The position numbers and the translations under genes are program-made. The notes below the pieces were generated by a model, which saw only the letters and a program-made list of their open reading frames with translations, was not told the DNA's origin and ran no database searches. Below, piece by piece: positions 47,339 to 57,486 of a stretch of 64,000 nt of DNA. The DNA comes from a virus. Position 1 is the stretch's first letter. Each line of letters starts with the position of its first letter. The stretch covers positions 8,881 to 72,880 of the IMG/VR virus record IMGVR_UViG_3300037247_001169, one strand, 5' to 3'.

Positions 47339-47564
47339 CTAGTAGATGCCCGTTTCTCCGCAGTTCCAACACATAGGACAAACACCCCTGCCGTTGAGAG
47401 CGCTGTCGTATCCTGGAATATCCGCTTATGCGTCACCGCCATCGGCAGCCTCCGACTTGCGACCACTCGACAGAATCAGCCACACAGCCACCGGCTGCAC
47501 AACGAACACAACGAATGCAACTACTAGTTTCCATGTAGTGGCAGACCACCCGAAAAGTAATCCG

Positions 47565-48017
47565 CTATCCATCGGCAGCCTCCCGTCCAATCCCCAAACT
47601 CTCACGGGCTTCTCGCCGCCGTTTGTGGGCGTTCCAGGCGTACCAGCCACACGCGGTCACCGCCCAATAACATCGGCGCATTCGATGGGTTTCCATTCCG
47701 GCCTCGCCCATGATTCGCCGGAACAGCCCATCTCCCTGATAGCGAGAAAACTCATGCCCACCACACGCCTCGGCAGCGCCGTTGTTGTAGTAAATCCAGT
47801 CGTGTACCACGCCCGCCGCACAGATTCGGCCCCCGAGACGAACGCCCGCCATGGTCCAGAATATTCGCGGAATCGACGCGCCGTCGCAGACGAATCCCTT
47901 CGGCACCGTAATCGTCCAGTCCGTCCCGACTGGATACACATAGGGTGTGAGCAGCCGAAACATCTTCGAGCCGTAAATCGCTCGCAAGTCCGGCTGCTGT
48001 TCGGCGTCAATCTTCAT
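47565..48017 (-). CDS. DUF1353 family protein
   Basis: ITVPKGF-CDGASIPR-FW...AAGVVHDW-Y...D-LF---M...Y-AV---GW. Confidence 0.85.
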   Translation of the reverse strand: MKIDAEQQPDLRAIYGSKMFRLLTPYVYPVGTDWTITVPKGFVCDGASIPRIFWTMAGVRLGGRICAAGVVHDWIYYNNGAAEACGGHEFSRYQGDGLFRRIMGEAGMETHRMRRCYWAVTACGWYAWNAHKRRREARESLGIGREAADG

Positions 48018-48033
48018 CGGGAATGTCTCCTGT

Positions 48034-48303
48034 CTAGGTGTCGGCCACCATTTTGGTTCTGCCCAGGTCCGTAAGCTCGTATCCCCGGGTGGTCCAGCGG
48101 GCCAAACCGCCCTTCACGAGTTTCCCGAGAACGCCCCCCGCGCATAGGGCCATGTTATTGCCGCCCTGCCCATGGCCGGCCCGGTGGCATCGGTGCGGCT
48201 TGTCTGGCCATGCCCGTTGCGCGAACTCGGCAGGCGAGACGGGGCCTAACTGGTAAATGACGAGCAAGTTTCCCACGGTTGCCTTACTGAGTTTCTTCGC
48301 CAT
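48034..48303 (-). CDS. Winged-helix-like small protein
   Basis: LGKLVKGGL-RW---GYELTDLGR wing pattern. Confidence 0.45.
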   Translation of the reverse strand: MAKKLSKATVGNLLVIYQLGPVSPAEFAQRAWPDKPHRCHRAGHGQGGNNMALCAGGVLGKLVKGGLARWTTRGYELTDLGRTKMVADT

Positions 48304-48460
48304 CGTCCTCGACCTCCTCGGGTGCGGGTTCGTTCGGCCTCAACACCTCGACCACTGTCACGACCGCCCGTACCGCGACGTAGCCGATTTTCAGGGCGGT
48401 CAGCGGGGCCATGCAGCCGCCGAGCAACAGTAGCGCGAGTAGGGGTAGGGTGCGTTTCAT
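48284..48460 (-). CDS. Small lipoprotein
   Basis: MKRTLPLLALLLLGGC lipobox. Confidence 0.55.
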   Translation of the reverse strand: MKRTLPLLALLLLGGCMAPLTALKIGYVAVRAVVTVVEVLRPNEPAPEEVEDDGEETQ

Positions 48461-48880
48461 TCGGGGTCCCCCAGTGGGCCAGCCCGCAGAGCAGCAGCCG
48501 CCGTCTCTAAAAGGTGCGCACACTGCGTCCGGTCGCCGCGGAATACGCAATAGCTGATGTCCGCACCGGGTACGCCACCACCCACACTGATACGTACAAT
48601 CTTCTGTTCATCCTCTGGGCGCTCGACGATGCTCAGCGTCTTGTAGCGCCACTCCGCAAGCACGGATTCGTCCGGCAGCCCGCCTGCGATACCGGACATG
48701 TCTCCGCGCATAGCCCGATCCGCACGTCCCTTCAGGCGGGACCAGAAGTGGGGCGGTAATACGCTTTCCGCGTCTCTATCAACGTGGCTCTGCATCACTC
48801 TCTCCTTGCCCGCCGAATGGCGGGCGGGGTCATATTCGCTCAAGGTGGTCCTGCTTGTCCTGGACAGCACGCATCAGGCA

Positions 48881-49708
48881 TCACCCCCTTACCCTCGGTA
48901 TGAGACCAGCGTCGATCAGAATCCGGGAAATCTCCCGTGCGGCCTCTGGCCAGCGCTCAAGCCCCGGATACAGAATCGCCGGACCATCCTCGACGTACTC
49001 CAACGCCTCGGGCAAATCTTCATCCTGCCACCAGCCCTTTGTTGGTCCGTAGCAGTAGAGCATGGGGATGGGAGGGTTGTAGGCAAATGGGAGATAACCC
49101 ATAGCTCGCACATTGGCATCCCACGTCAGCGACTTAGGCCCCGAGAACGTGGCGCTGTCCAGGAACACTACGTTCCTGAGGCTGGCCTGGACCGTGCGAC
49201 AAACCGAGGCGGCGATACCCTGTTCGTCTTCGCTCCACGCTCCGATGGACGGATACCACCAATAAGTCACGTTCGTCGGGAAGTGCGCCCCTTGAATCGA
49301 CGCGCGAAGGCGATTCAGGTCACACTCCTGCTTACCCTCCCACACCGGGCGCATGGCGCTTTCCATCTCGAAGACAAACACGTGCGTGCGCGTCCGCCAG
49401 ATGGCGTCCACGACCTCCCGCTGGATGGCTTTCCAACCCTCCGGCGAGGCGAAATCGTCCTCGAGGAATCCGTCCGTCTTGAGCCCGGGGTAGATGCGCA
49501 TGCGCGGCACCCGCTGGCAGATGTCGCTGTACAACCTCGCGAAGTTGTGCGTCGTGGTCACGATCGCGGTGTCCGTACTGGACAGCCAACCCCGAAGGCC
49601 GTCGACCGTGGCCTCTACGTGATCCGGTCCATTGCATTCGACCCACGGGATGATCTTCAAGTGGGTCTTCGGCAACTCTCCGAGTACCCGCAGATTGTTC
49701 GCCGACAT
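48881..49708 (-). CDS. Hypothetical alpha/beta-barrel-like protein
   Basis: 275-aa ORF with RBS; fold guess only. Confidence 0.5.
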   Translation of the reverse strand: MSANNLRVLGELPKTHLKIIPWVECNGPDHVEATVDGLRGWLSSTDTAIVTTTHNFARLYSDICQRVPRMRIYPGLKTDGFLEDDFASPEGWKAIQREVVDAIWRTRTHVFVFEMESAMRPVWEGKQECDLNRLRASIQGAHFPTNVTYWWYPSIGAWSEDEQGIAASVCRTVQASLRNVVFLDSATFSGPKSLTWDANVRAMGYLPFAYNPPIPMLYCYGPTKGWWQDEDLPEALEYVEDGPAILYPGLERWPEAAREISRILIDAGLIPRVRG

Positions 49709-49734
49709 AAGGTTTCTCCGGTTGTTACGTAACC

Positions 49735-50292
49735 CTAGCTCGCCATCGCTACCGTGCGCCCGTCACGCTCAAAGTGGAAGACCGTGTCCAAATCCCATAG
49801 TAACCCAATAGCCCCGCCCGCGGCTTGGCACTTGAGCACTTCCTCGTTCACCGCGTTATAGAACCGTGGCCCACTGTTTCCCGCATTCAGGAGTTCTACC
49901 TGCGATGCGTAGACCGTGAACGGATCACCACCAATGAAACCATACCGCCGTGGTGACGGCTCAGACGTCAAGTCGATCGCCTCACGAATTGCGTCTTTGA
50001 CGCCGGCGCTTGTCAGTTTCGTGATCGTCTCGCTCCCATCGGCACCCATCAGCTCTTGCACCGGGAATCCGTCGTGAGATACAAAACGGATGTCATTGAA
50101 TGCAATGAAGTTCGCGCGACGCCCCGGCCGGATCAACTCGATACCATCGCGCTCTGCGAGCGTCCTGAGCTTCCCCCAGTGGAACTCGTCATCGACGTCG
50201 ATCGCAATGACATCATGGCCATCCTTGAAGCACTTACGCCACAAGGCCCACCCGTCAGTCCAAACCTGTTTTGATTCCTTGGTCTGTGTCAT
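49735..50292 (-). CDS. Hypothetical protein
   Basis: AAGGAG RBS, 185 aa. Confidence 0.6.
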   Translation of the reverse strand: MTQTKESKQVWTDGWALWRKCFKDGHDVIAIDVDDEFHWGKLRTLAERDGIELIRPGRRANFIAFNDIRFVSHDGFPVQELMGADGSETITKLTSAGVKDAIREAIDLTSEPSPRRYGFIGGDPFTVYASQVELLNAGNSGPRFYNAVNEEVLKCQAAGGAIGLLWDLDTVFHFERDGRTVAMAS

Positions 50293-50543
50293 GCACTTCT
50301 CCTTCGTCCGCTATTCGACTGTTAGCGTCATTCACTTACCACTTCGCGCTAAGCGACAGCATTCCCAGAAACAGAATTACGGCGAGCGAGAACGGGGGCA
50401 CTACCCGGATTAGCCAGGTAATGACCCCGTCCTCAAACGCCGTCAAAGGGTAGATAATCACCCCTCGTCTCCGATGCTGATTAGGCCGAACCGGCCCTCA
50501 ATCCAACTGTACAACCACTCGATAAACGGCATGTCGATTCTCC

Positions 50544-50819
50544 TTAGTGTTTCTGGACGCACGTGTAATCGAGACAAATCCAATATTCGATGTCTTCGCA
50601 ATCGTCGCATTGTTGCGGATATTCCTGGCAAAAGTCGTAACAACGATCGGCCGCGCAGGCCCAACAGCACGGGGTGCATTCGCTGCCCGGCTGGCAGATG
50701 TCGCACGGACTGATGGCCCAGTTGGCCACCGGTTTAACGATAGCATCGGTTCCGTCAAGTGAGGAACATCCACACAGCAATCCGCAACATGCCAAGCTCG
50801 CCAAGAGTCTCGCAATCAT
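50544..50819 (-). CDS. Cys-rich lipoprotein-like protein
   Basis: MIARLLASLACCGLLCGC signal followed by many Cys. Confidence 0.55.
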   Translation of the reverse strand: MIARLLASLACCGLLCGCSSLDGTDAIVKPVANWAISPCDICQPGSECTPCCWACAADRCYDFCQEYPQQCDDCEDIEYWICLDYTCVQKH

Positions 50820-51302
50820 TTTTTCACCTTTCTCCAAAGTGCCCGCGGCGCCGGTGGTACTTGCAGCGGAGACCGCTACCCGGCACCGCGAGCGTTCAAT
50901 GCGGCCCTCGGCTGTCGCTCTCGCGACGCGATACATTGGGCCGCGTATCGCCAATCAAAGACGAGAGGCCGGAGTCTAACCGACACGAGAAAAACTACGC
51001 TCGCCTGAACGTCGCTCCCGCCCGCAGTCTGTTGCAAACCCTTGCCGTGTAATCGATCTTGGTCTGCGTGCAAGCCGCAATCATCATCCAAACACCTTTC
51101 TCCAAATTTTCTCCAGGCATTCCATCTGCTTCGGTGACGGAGCCCAGGCGAACTTGGCCTGAGCCGCCCGTCGATTGAGCTTGTCGACGAACCGAAACTC
51201 CCATCCCGTGAGCTTGCCGCTCTTTGAGGTCGCCAAGTCGGAGAGCCGGGTTTCCCACGCTTTGTCGAACGTTCCCATACTGACCAACCACTAAACCGCC
51301 GA

Positions 51303-51375
51303 GGGCCGGTGCGGGATTTGAACCCGCGTCTTAGGCTCTCCAGGCCCACGTTGTGCCAGACTCAACCAACCGGCA
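51303..51375 (-). tRNA. tRNA-like gene with GGA (Ser) anticodon and short variable loop
   Basis: TGCCGGT-TG-GTTG/CAAC D stem-TGGGC CT GGA GA GCCTA-AGAC-GCGGG TTCAAAT CCCGC-ACCGGCC; no encoded CCA. Confidence 0.75.
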
Positions 51376-51663
51376 ATCCTCGACAGCGTTTCATTCAAGG
51401 CCCGCGGCCGGATTCCTCAGTCCGGCTCCGGCGTCTCGGATAGGATAATGGCAGTCACGCACACCGAGCACGTCTCCCCAATCTCTCCAGGCGCTGCCAT
51501 ACCTCGCGGGCCCGGTAAGGCACGGTCCTCACGGCTCTCGCGAGCCGAGTGCTTGCAGGCAGGACCGGCCTCAAGTTCTCCTACGACTGCACCCACGCCG
51601 TGAGCCAATCTAACCATCCCATTGCCCACGCAAGCCACGCCAACAGAAGCGATACAAGTCCGG

Positions 51664-52701
51664 TCATTTGCCAATCTCCTCAAAGGTAAGTTGTCCGTCT
51701 ACGTCTGCTATCACCGGCAACGGCTCGGGGTTGGATACCCGATGCCGCGCCTCTTCCACTCGTCTGTGCATAAGCTCCGCTTGCGATTTGCGGAGGTCGA
51801 TACCGATTGAGTTGCGTCCTGCGAGAATCGCCGCCGCAAGCGTCGTTCCGGATCCGCCGAACGGGTCAAGCACTACACCGTCTGGCGGGCAGAAGCTGCG
51901 GATCCAAAAGTCTGCCAGGGACTCGGGAAACGGTGCTTCGTTTTCGTGAGCTAAGTCGGAGCCCATGTGCCCCTTGCCCACCGTGCAGGGAATGAAGTCC
52001 ATCGCCTCGAATGGAATGACGTTGCCGGGGTTTGCTTTGGACGGCGGATCGTAACCCGTCGCATGGCAGCCGTCCGGTCGGCGGCTCTTATTGCGTACCC
52101 GGCCTGCCTCTGTGACAACGTGCGACGGCCGCTTGTGAGTGTCGCGTGTACCGTCCACCTTGCGATGCCCCACCGCGCCTTCGCATCCGCCCCACTGATT
52201 GCGGCGGGTGCCATCCGTAAGCCGATGACTCATCGCGCCGCCCGGCGCCCACCTCGGAGGATGTCCCGCCGCCGTGTTGTCTGACCAGGGCAGTTTCCCG
52301 CGCTTCCGCGTCGCACACACGATGAACTCGTAGTCATTGCGAAGCCAATCGGGACCGCCGCTGCCAGGGATTCCGACACGATGGAATGCGGACGGCTTAC
52401 GCAGGAACATGCCGCACTTCTGGAGTTTTACGGCCAGGTGAAGAGGTGTAGCAGAGTACGAGTAATTCTTGGTCCGCCCCTCGACCACCCACGCTACAAG
52501 CCCCTTGCACACGCGCAGGCACTCGCGGAAGCGCACGAAGGCCCACTCGACCCATTCCGAACCCTCAAGTTTGAAATCGACCCCGTAGGTCCGCGCTGCC
52601 TCATAGGGCGGCGAACCGAAGACCAGGTCTACGGAATCCGTCTTCATCGCCCGCATCTCTTCCAGAGAATCACCGATTAGGATGGTCGTCTCAGCGGTCA
52701 T
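51664..52701 (-). CDS. DNA methyltransferase (N4-cytosine/N6-adenine, beta class)
   Basis: SVDLVFGSPPY, APFPESL, VLDPFGGSGTT motifs. Confidence 0.9.
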   Translation of the reverse strand: MTAETTILIGDSLEEMRAMKTDSVDLVFGSPPYEAARTYGVDFKLEGSEWVEWAFVRFRECLRVCKGLVAWVVEGRTKNYSYSATPLHLAVKLQKCGMFLRKPSAFHRVGIPGSGGPDWLRNDYEFIVCATRKRGKLPWSDNTAAGHPPRWAPGGAMSHRLTDGTRRNQWGGCEGAVGHRKVDGTRDTHKRPSHVVTEAGRVRNKSRRPDGCHATGYDPPSKANPGNVIPFEAMDFIPCTVGKGHMGSDLAHENEAPFPESLADFWIRSFCPPDGVVLDPFGGSGTTLAAAILAGRNSIGIDLRKSQAELMHRRVEEARHRVSNPEPLPVIADVDGQLTFEEIGK

Positions 52702-52979
52702 GCCTTCACCGTCAACACGCATTCCAGCGGGCCGCCGCCGGGCCTAAGCGTCATGCCAGCCTTGCGCAAGTAGCGAGGTCCCAGTTCTACGCACAGCGAC
52801 GTGACGAAATCGCAACCCGACGGTTCAATCCACTCCGTACTATCGCGAGCACCACGTATGGGTTTAGTGCCGATGTATACTTCATAGCGGCAATCCTTCG
52901 CCGTCGACCGAGCCCAGTTCTTGGATCGCCGCGTTAACCACAGCGTCATCGTTTCCGGCTTTGCTTTCTTCTTACTCAT
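52698..52979 (-). CDS. Hypothetical protein
   Basis: GAGG RBS, ATGA coupling. Confidence 0.5.
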   Translation of the reverse strand: MSKKKAKPETMTLWLTRRSKNWARSTAKDCRYEVYIGTKPIRGARDSTEWIEPSGCDFVTSLCVELGPRYLRKAGMTLRPGGGPLECVLTVKA

Positions 52980-53189
52980 GTTTCCTCAGCTCCTCGATGG
53001 CCCAGCGCACGACCTCGTAATCGCGCATGAGGGAAAGCCGGCGCGCCTTGTCACCATCGCCACTGGTTGGTGTAATCGCCGCTATTTTCATATCCAATTC
53101 CCAGCGCAGCTGTTCTAACCGTTCCATCATCCGTTCAAACTCACCCCCGCGGGCCGGGTCTCGACACCTTTGGCCCGCGGGGGTTGCGA

Positions 53190-53663
53190 TCACACTACCG
53201 ATTTTAACCGACTTATCCACAGCGAAGCTCCGGGCTGGCCGTATACTTTAGCGACCTTGCCATCGACCACTTGCGCATCGTCGCGATACACGATGCCCGC
53301 CAGAGCATCCTCGATGCACCGTAGCAGCTTGCCTCGGTCGGGCCTCCCAGTCGGGAATGCGGGCGCGTCGTGCTTCAGAACGCCCCGCTCGCGGTTGCCA
53401 CCCGTGTAGTGGGACATCGGGCGCTGAAACGCGAACTCGGCTTCGAGGTAGATTGGTCCAGTCCAAGGCGGGTCGCCATGATCCGCATCTCGTCCAAAAT
53501 GCTCGTCGCATAGTTCCAGCGCAAACTGGCTAACCCGACCATTCCACGCCTCAAGCGGTTCGTTCTTGACGGGCACGGACTTCCCAGTGGACTTGCTCGT
53601 AACCCACTTCGCCGAGCCCTTCGCACGCGGCTTGCCGGGAATGAATATGTGGAGTTCAGCCAC
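53190..53663 (-). CDS. rusA: RusA-like Holliday junction resolvase
   Basis: IPGKP-AKGS, F-FQRP-SH, RPD-GKL-R-IEDAL-GIVY-DDAQVV...K-YG. Confidence 0.9.
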   Translation of the reverse strand: MAELHIFIPGKPRAKGSAKWVTSKSTGKSVPVKNEPLEAWNGRVSQFALELCDEHFGRDADHGDPPWTGPIYLEAEFAFQRPMSHYTGGNRERGVLKHDAPAFPTGRPDRGKLLRCIEDALAGIVYRDDAQVVDGKVAKVYGQPGASLWISRLKSVV

Positions 53664-53997
53664 CCTTCGTCTCCATCGCGGCGCGGGCGATGCGGTTCAT
53701 TGCCTCCGTTTCGTCACGGATAGTGTCCAGGGCGTTGCCCGGCGTTGCACGGCCACCCAAACGATAGGCAGTCAAGAGCTTGTCCTTCGCGTCGATAATC
53801 CTGCGCTGACATTCCAGAATCTCCCCCAGCGGCTCCACGTCGGCCTGGCCGACGGCTGTAGCGGCATTGAGTAATGCCAGAAGACGGCCATGCTCCTCCG
53901 CGTTGTGGCTCGAAGCCATCAACTCGGTCACCGCGTTAACGATGGCCGCGTCCCGCTCTTTCACCTTCGCCAGATATGTCTCGGTGTCACTGGGCAT
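53656..53997 (-). CDS. Hypothetical protein
   Basis: Overlap-coupled between recT and rusA. Confidence 0.55.
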   Translation of the reverse strand: MPSDTETYLAKVKERDAAIVNAVTELMASSHNAEEHGRLLALLNAATAVGQADVEPLGEILECQRRIIDAKDKLLTAYRLGGRATPGNALDTIRDETEAMNRIARAAMETKGG

Positions 53998-55162
53998 CGG
54001 GGGCTCCGGACTTGGACGTCTTTGCCAGCCGCGCCCTGACCTGCTCATACATCTCCCTGAGTGTCACCGGGTCGTTCACGGAATAGCACGCCCCGATATT
54101 CGGCCAGTCCTTGCCGGCCGCGAGGCCCCACTGGTGAAGGAACTGATTGGCGGCGGGAGCATCAAGTTGGTCGAACGCAGCCATCAGGCCCCGTCGAAGC
54201 ACGCCGATCGAAGCCGGATCGTCTGTGGGCGGCGTCTCAGACGCAGGTTCGGCCGGGGGAGGCGCCGCCGTCACTTTCGACTTCGAGCATCCCGGGCTGT
54301 GCTTGAATGCTCGCCCGCTCCTGCCCCTACCGCATTCTGGGCATCCCTTGACGGCCGGGGCTTCCGGGGCGGCTGGCTCTGGTTCTGGGGCCAGCGGATC
54401 GGCTAGCGGATGTTGGTCCTCGCCCGGCGGGACTTCACTGCCGTCGTCCATCTGGAGTTCCGGCTGCTTCGTGACCTTCGACGCGTCGAAGGGTTCGCGC
54501 GGGGCCTGGGTCTCACCACTGAGATCAAGGGCATCCAGCACATCGTCAACTGCCATTTCCTCGCGGGAGTAGAGACCCTTCGTCACGTCGGGGAACGTAT
54601 AACGCAGCGCAAAACTACGGGCGCGCCGTAGCAACATGTGCCGTAGGTACGATTGGTATGTTTGCTTACTCCACAGCGATACCAGCTTGCCCTTTTCCCA
54701 GACCATCGCTTTCTTAGTGTCGGCCACCGAGAAGGTCTCGCGTCGCGGTTTCCCGCCGATGCGGCCGACGATGCAGTAGGCTTCGAGCGTGTCGCCATCG
54801 CCCGTCCATCCCTCTTCAAAGACGGACTGATCGAAGAGCGCCGTCTTGCGCATGCAGAGGGCCAAAAGCATGTCGCCCCATACCGTTGGCTTGCCATTGA
54901 TGACCGCGATATTCTGAATTGCCTGCACGGGGTCGATGCCCAACTCGGCTCCGAACTGCATGCCTATTACGATCGCCGACTGGTTCATATCCTTCGGCGC
55001 CCAGCCGGCGTCTAAGACGCACTTGGCGAACCGCCAAAAGTCCTCCATCGTCTGCAATTGCATGCCGAGCTGCCTACTTGGCGGCGGGATGCCTGGTACT
55101 GTCGCTCGCACTTGTTCGCGCGCTGCCGCCGTCTGTTCCACTGCTGCCGTTGCCGTTGTCAT
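53987..55162 (-). CDS. recT: RecT-like recombinase, copy 2
   Basis: Conserved RecT-like motifs; Pro-rich linker with CPECG...H-P-C zinc motif. Confidence 0.78.
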   Translation of the reverse strand: MTTATAAVEQTAAAREQVRATVPGIPPPSRQLGMQLQTMEDFWRFAKCVLDAGWAPKDMNQSAIVIGMQFGAELGIDPVQAIQNIAVINGKPTVWGDMLLALCMRKTALFDQSVFEEGWTGDGDTLEAYCIVGRIGGKPRRETFSVADTKKAMVWEKGKLVSLWSKQTYQSYLRHMLLRRARSFALRYTFPDVTKGLYSREEMAVDDVLDALDLSGETQAPREPFDASKVTKQPELQMDDGSEVPPGEDQHPLADPLAPEPEPAAPEAPAVKGCPECGRGRSGRAFKHSPGCSKSKVTAAPPPAEPASETPPTDDPASIGVLRRGLMAAFDQLDAPAANQFLHQWGLAAGKDWPNIGACYSVNDPVTLREMYEQVRARLAKTSKSGAPDAQ

Positions 55163-55830
55163 CCTGTCCTCCCTGCCATTGTTGTTTTTGGAAATACTTC
55201 GATTCCGCCGACTTGCCCCTCAGCAAGTGGGCCGATGCGGTCGACGAGCCCCCTGATGGCTCCCTCGTTCACCGTTAAGAACGCGCGGTCGATCATGGTC
55301 GCGTCGACTATCTTGTAACCCCACCCCTTGCGCGCCGAGATCCCCTTGACCACTGGCACTTCGGTACGGACCACCGGGGCGGGGGCGGGCGGCGTATCAG
55401 CAATCATCGCCTCGGCCGCTTCGGGCAGATCCGCCTTGCGTAGCTCCTCGGCTTTGCGCGCCTGCTCTTCCGCCAGACGTCGCCGTTCGCGATCTTCCGC
55501 CTCTTGCTCGCGGCGGACACGGGCTTCTTCCTCGCTCTTGTATCTGCCCATCTTGCCGTCAAACAGATCTTGCGCCACCTTGAACGGCCCGAGACACGTG
55601 TTCTCAAGAGCGCAGATAGACTTGTGGGCCCTGTTGGCATCAGCCTTCGCTTCCTGGAACAGTGCCTTCACTGCCTTGATCCGGGATCGACAGCTCAGCG
55701 TATGTTCGCCGGCTATCTTGTACGACGGCGCATCGGCCACCTCAAAAGCCGTGGCAAGCCGAACGAGGCTCGCACTTGCGGTGTCGATATCTTTCGTGTC
55801 CGGCGCTGTGATCGTCGCCAGTTCAATCAT
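55159..55830 (-). CDS. Coiled-coil phage protein, copy 2
   Basis: First ~120 aa nearly identical to 1154..1825; C-terminus diverged. Confidence 0.7.
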   Translation of the reverse strand: MIELATITAPDTKDIDTASASLVRLATAFEVADAPSYKIAGEHTLSCRSRIKAVKALFQEAKADANRAHKSICALENTCLGPFKVAQDLFDGKMGRYKSEEEARVRREQEAEDRERRRLAEEQARKAEELRKADLPEAAEAMIADTPPAPAPVVRTEVPVVKGISARKGWGYKIVDATMIDRAFLTVNEGAIRGLVDRIGPLAEGQVGGIEVFPKTTMAGRTG

Positions 55831-56407
55831 CCTTTGCTCCCTTGTTTTTGCGGTAGTTGTAAGCGTTCAGGTAAGTCAGCCACCCGGCGGGGTCCGCGGG
55901 GTCATCGTGTTCTACCCACTTAAACCGCCCATTCCGACCGAGATATACGCAGCCTCGCACTTCAACGCCTGTGCAACATTGCCTATATCCCTCGGTCTGG
56001 AGAGGGTGCCACCACTCGCGGGCGCCGGTTTTGATGTCAAGGAGGACGGTTGCTAGTCCAAGGTTCAAGAACGAACCACGTCTATCAAGCGTCCCGGCAT
56101 AGCCGAGCGTCGCGTTGCCGACGATGACTTGTGCGCTTGCGGACACAAAGCCCGTTTCTTTCCGAAACTCAATCCACGCCTTCGCATACCCAATGTATTG
56201 CGGGCAGTAGACTTCCGCGGCGTCGATGGCCAGCTCGCCGCCGTCATGCAGCTCCGTCAGCGTATCGATCGCCTTCCCCCGCTCACGCCCCTCGTCGGTG
56301 TACCAACGAGTGTTTACGCAGTTCATTGCCTTGAGGATCTGCGTTACGCTCGGGACCGGGCGGCCGTCGATCTTGTACGTGTGAGTTGGCTCGTGGAATT
56401 CAATCAC
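55823..56407 (-). CDS. PD-(D/E)XK phage exonuclease, copy 2
   Basis: Same motifs as 1818..2402. Confidence 0.8.
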   Translation of the reverse strand: MIEFHEPTHTYKIDGRPVPSVTQILKAMNCVNTRWYTDEGRERGKAIDTLTELHDGGELAIDAAEVYCPQYIGYAKAWIEFRKETGFVSASAQVIVGNATLGYAGTLDRRGSFLNLGLATVLLDIKTGAREWWHPLQTEGYRQCCTGVEVRGCVYLGRNGRFKWVEHDDPADPAGWLTYLNAYNYRKNKGAKDD

Positions 56408-56836
56408 CTACCGCCTCCGCGGGCGGGTCACGGCTTTCAATCTTGCCCTTGCTCGCGTGATGCGAGCCCTTGTTGTGCCGCTCCACGCTTCGCCGAATCT
56501 TGAAGCCACACTTCGGACACCTCTTGCCGACTTCTTGGGCCATCATTCACTCTCCAAAAGCTCGCCCCCGCCCCGACGTGTGGCACGCGAGACGGGGGTC
56601 GTAGCCAACGGCTCAAAAGAAAGAAAGCACCCGGACAAACCGGAGTCTGCCGGGTGCCTTCCGGAGGGGAAAGAAGTCAATATAACAAGGGCGGCGAGCG
56701 TCATCGCCGCCCCGACCGTGAAGGCACACCAGGACACGTCGGCCCCCGACCGCCATTGGTTGCCTCGCACAATGTCTTCAGGAATCCCGCTCATGGCGCA
56801 CTCCGTTGCACAGGCCGTTAGCCACAAGCGGGCTTT

Positions 56837-57166
56837 CGCCTTCCTGACCGCGTCTTCGGATTTCGTTTCGGGTGTCGGGGCCAGGGCTAATTGGATTGTG
56901 GTCTGGCAACCCTCAAGGATATCGCGTCGGCGGACACTGTCGCCAGTCTGACACGCTAACGTGATGCTCGCGTATACCGACGCCATGCGCTCCCGCAGCT
57001 TATCCCGCTTGGTCTGGCATTCGCTGAGCTGCTTGTGGATATCGGCGAAGTCTCGCTCTGCCATCTCGTCAGCAATGGCATCGGCTTCCGCTAGCTCACG
57101 TTCGGAATTCACGCCCCCGCCTTCCTGACCGCGTCTTCGGATTTCGTTTCGGGTGTCGGGGCCAGG
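56837..57166. repeat. 49-bp exact direct repeat (56837-56885 and 57118-57166) encoding LAPTPETKSEDAVRKA
   Basis: Identical block twice; partial third copy at 3290-3315. Confidence 0.85.
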
Positions 57167-57486
57167 ACGGCTTTGATGTTTTTTGCCATGGCCCGATAGT
57201 TTCTCGCATCCCGCCTGTTGGATTCTTGGAGACTCGGGAACCGGTCGCTACGTTCCGCTCGTATGTCAGCGTTGTCTGCAAGTCGTAGCAACCACGCCAT
57301 GACCTTCTCGCATTTCGCCCGCAGCTTGTCCCGCTCGACCTCGGCTAGCACGCACCGCCGTTCGAGTCTGAAATTTCGCTCGAGGGCGTCGTCCCGATCG
57401 ACCCGGCACGCGGCGAGCTGGCGTTCCAGCTCGGCGGTCGCTGCCTTGTGAGCAGAGAGCATGCGCTGTTCGGTCTCAGTTGGCAT
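57109..57486 (-). CDS. Coiled-coil hypothetical protein
   Basis: Overlap-coupled ORF; DKLR and PETKSEDA modules. Confidence 0.55.
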   Translation of the reverse strand: MPTETEQRMLSAHKAATAELERQLAACRVDRDDALERNFRLERRCVLAEVERDKLRAKCEKVMAWLLRLADNADIRAERSDRFPSLQESNRRDARNYRAMAKNIKAVLAPTPETKSEDAVRKAGA

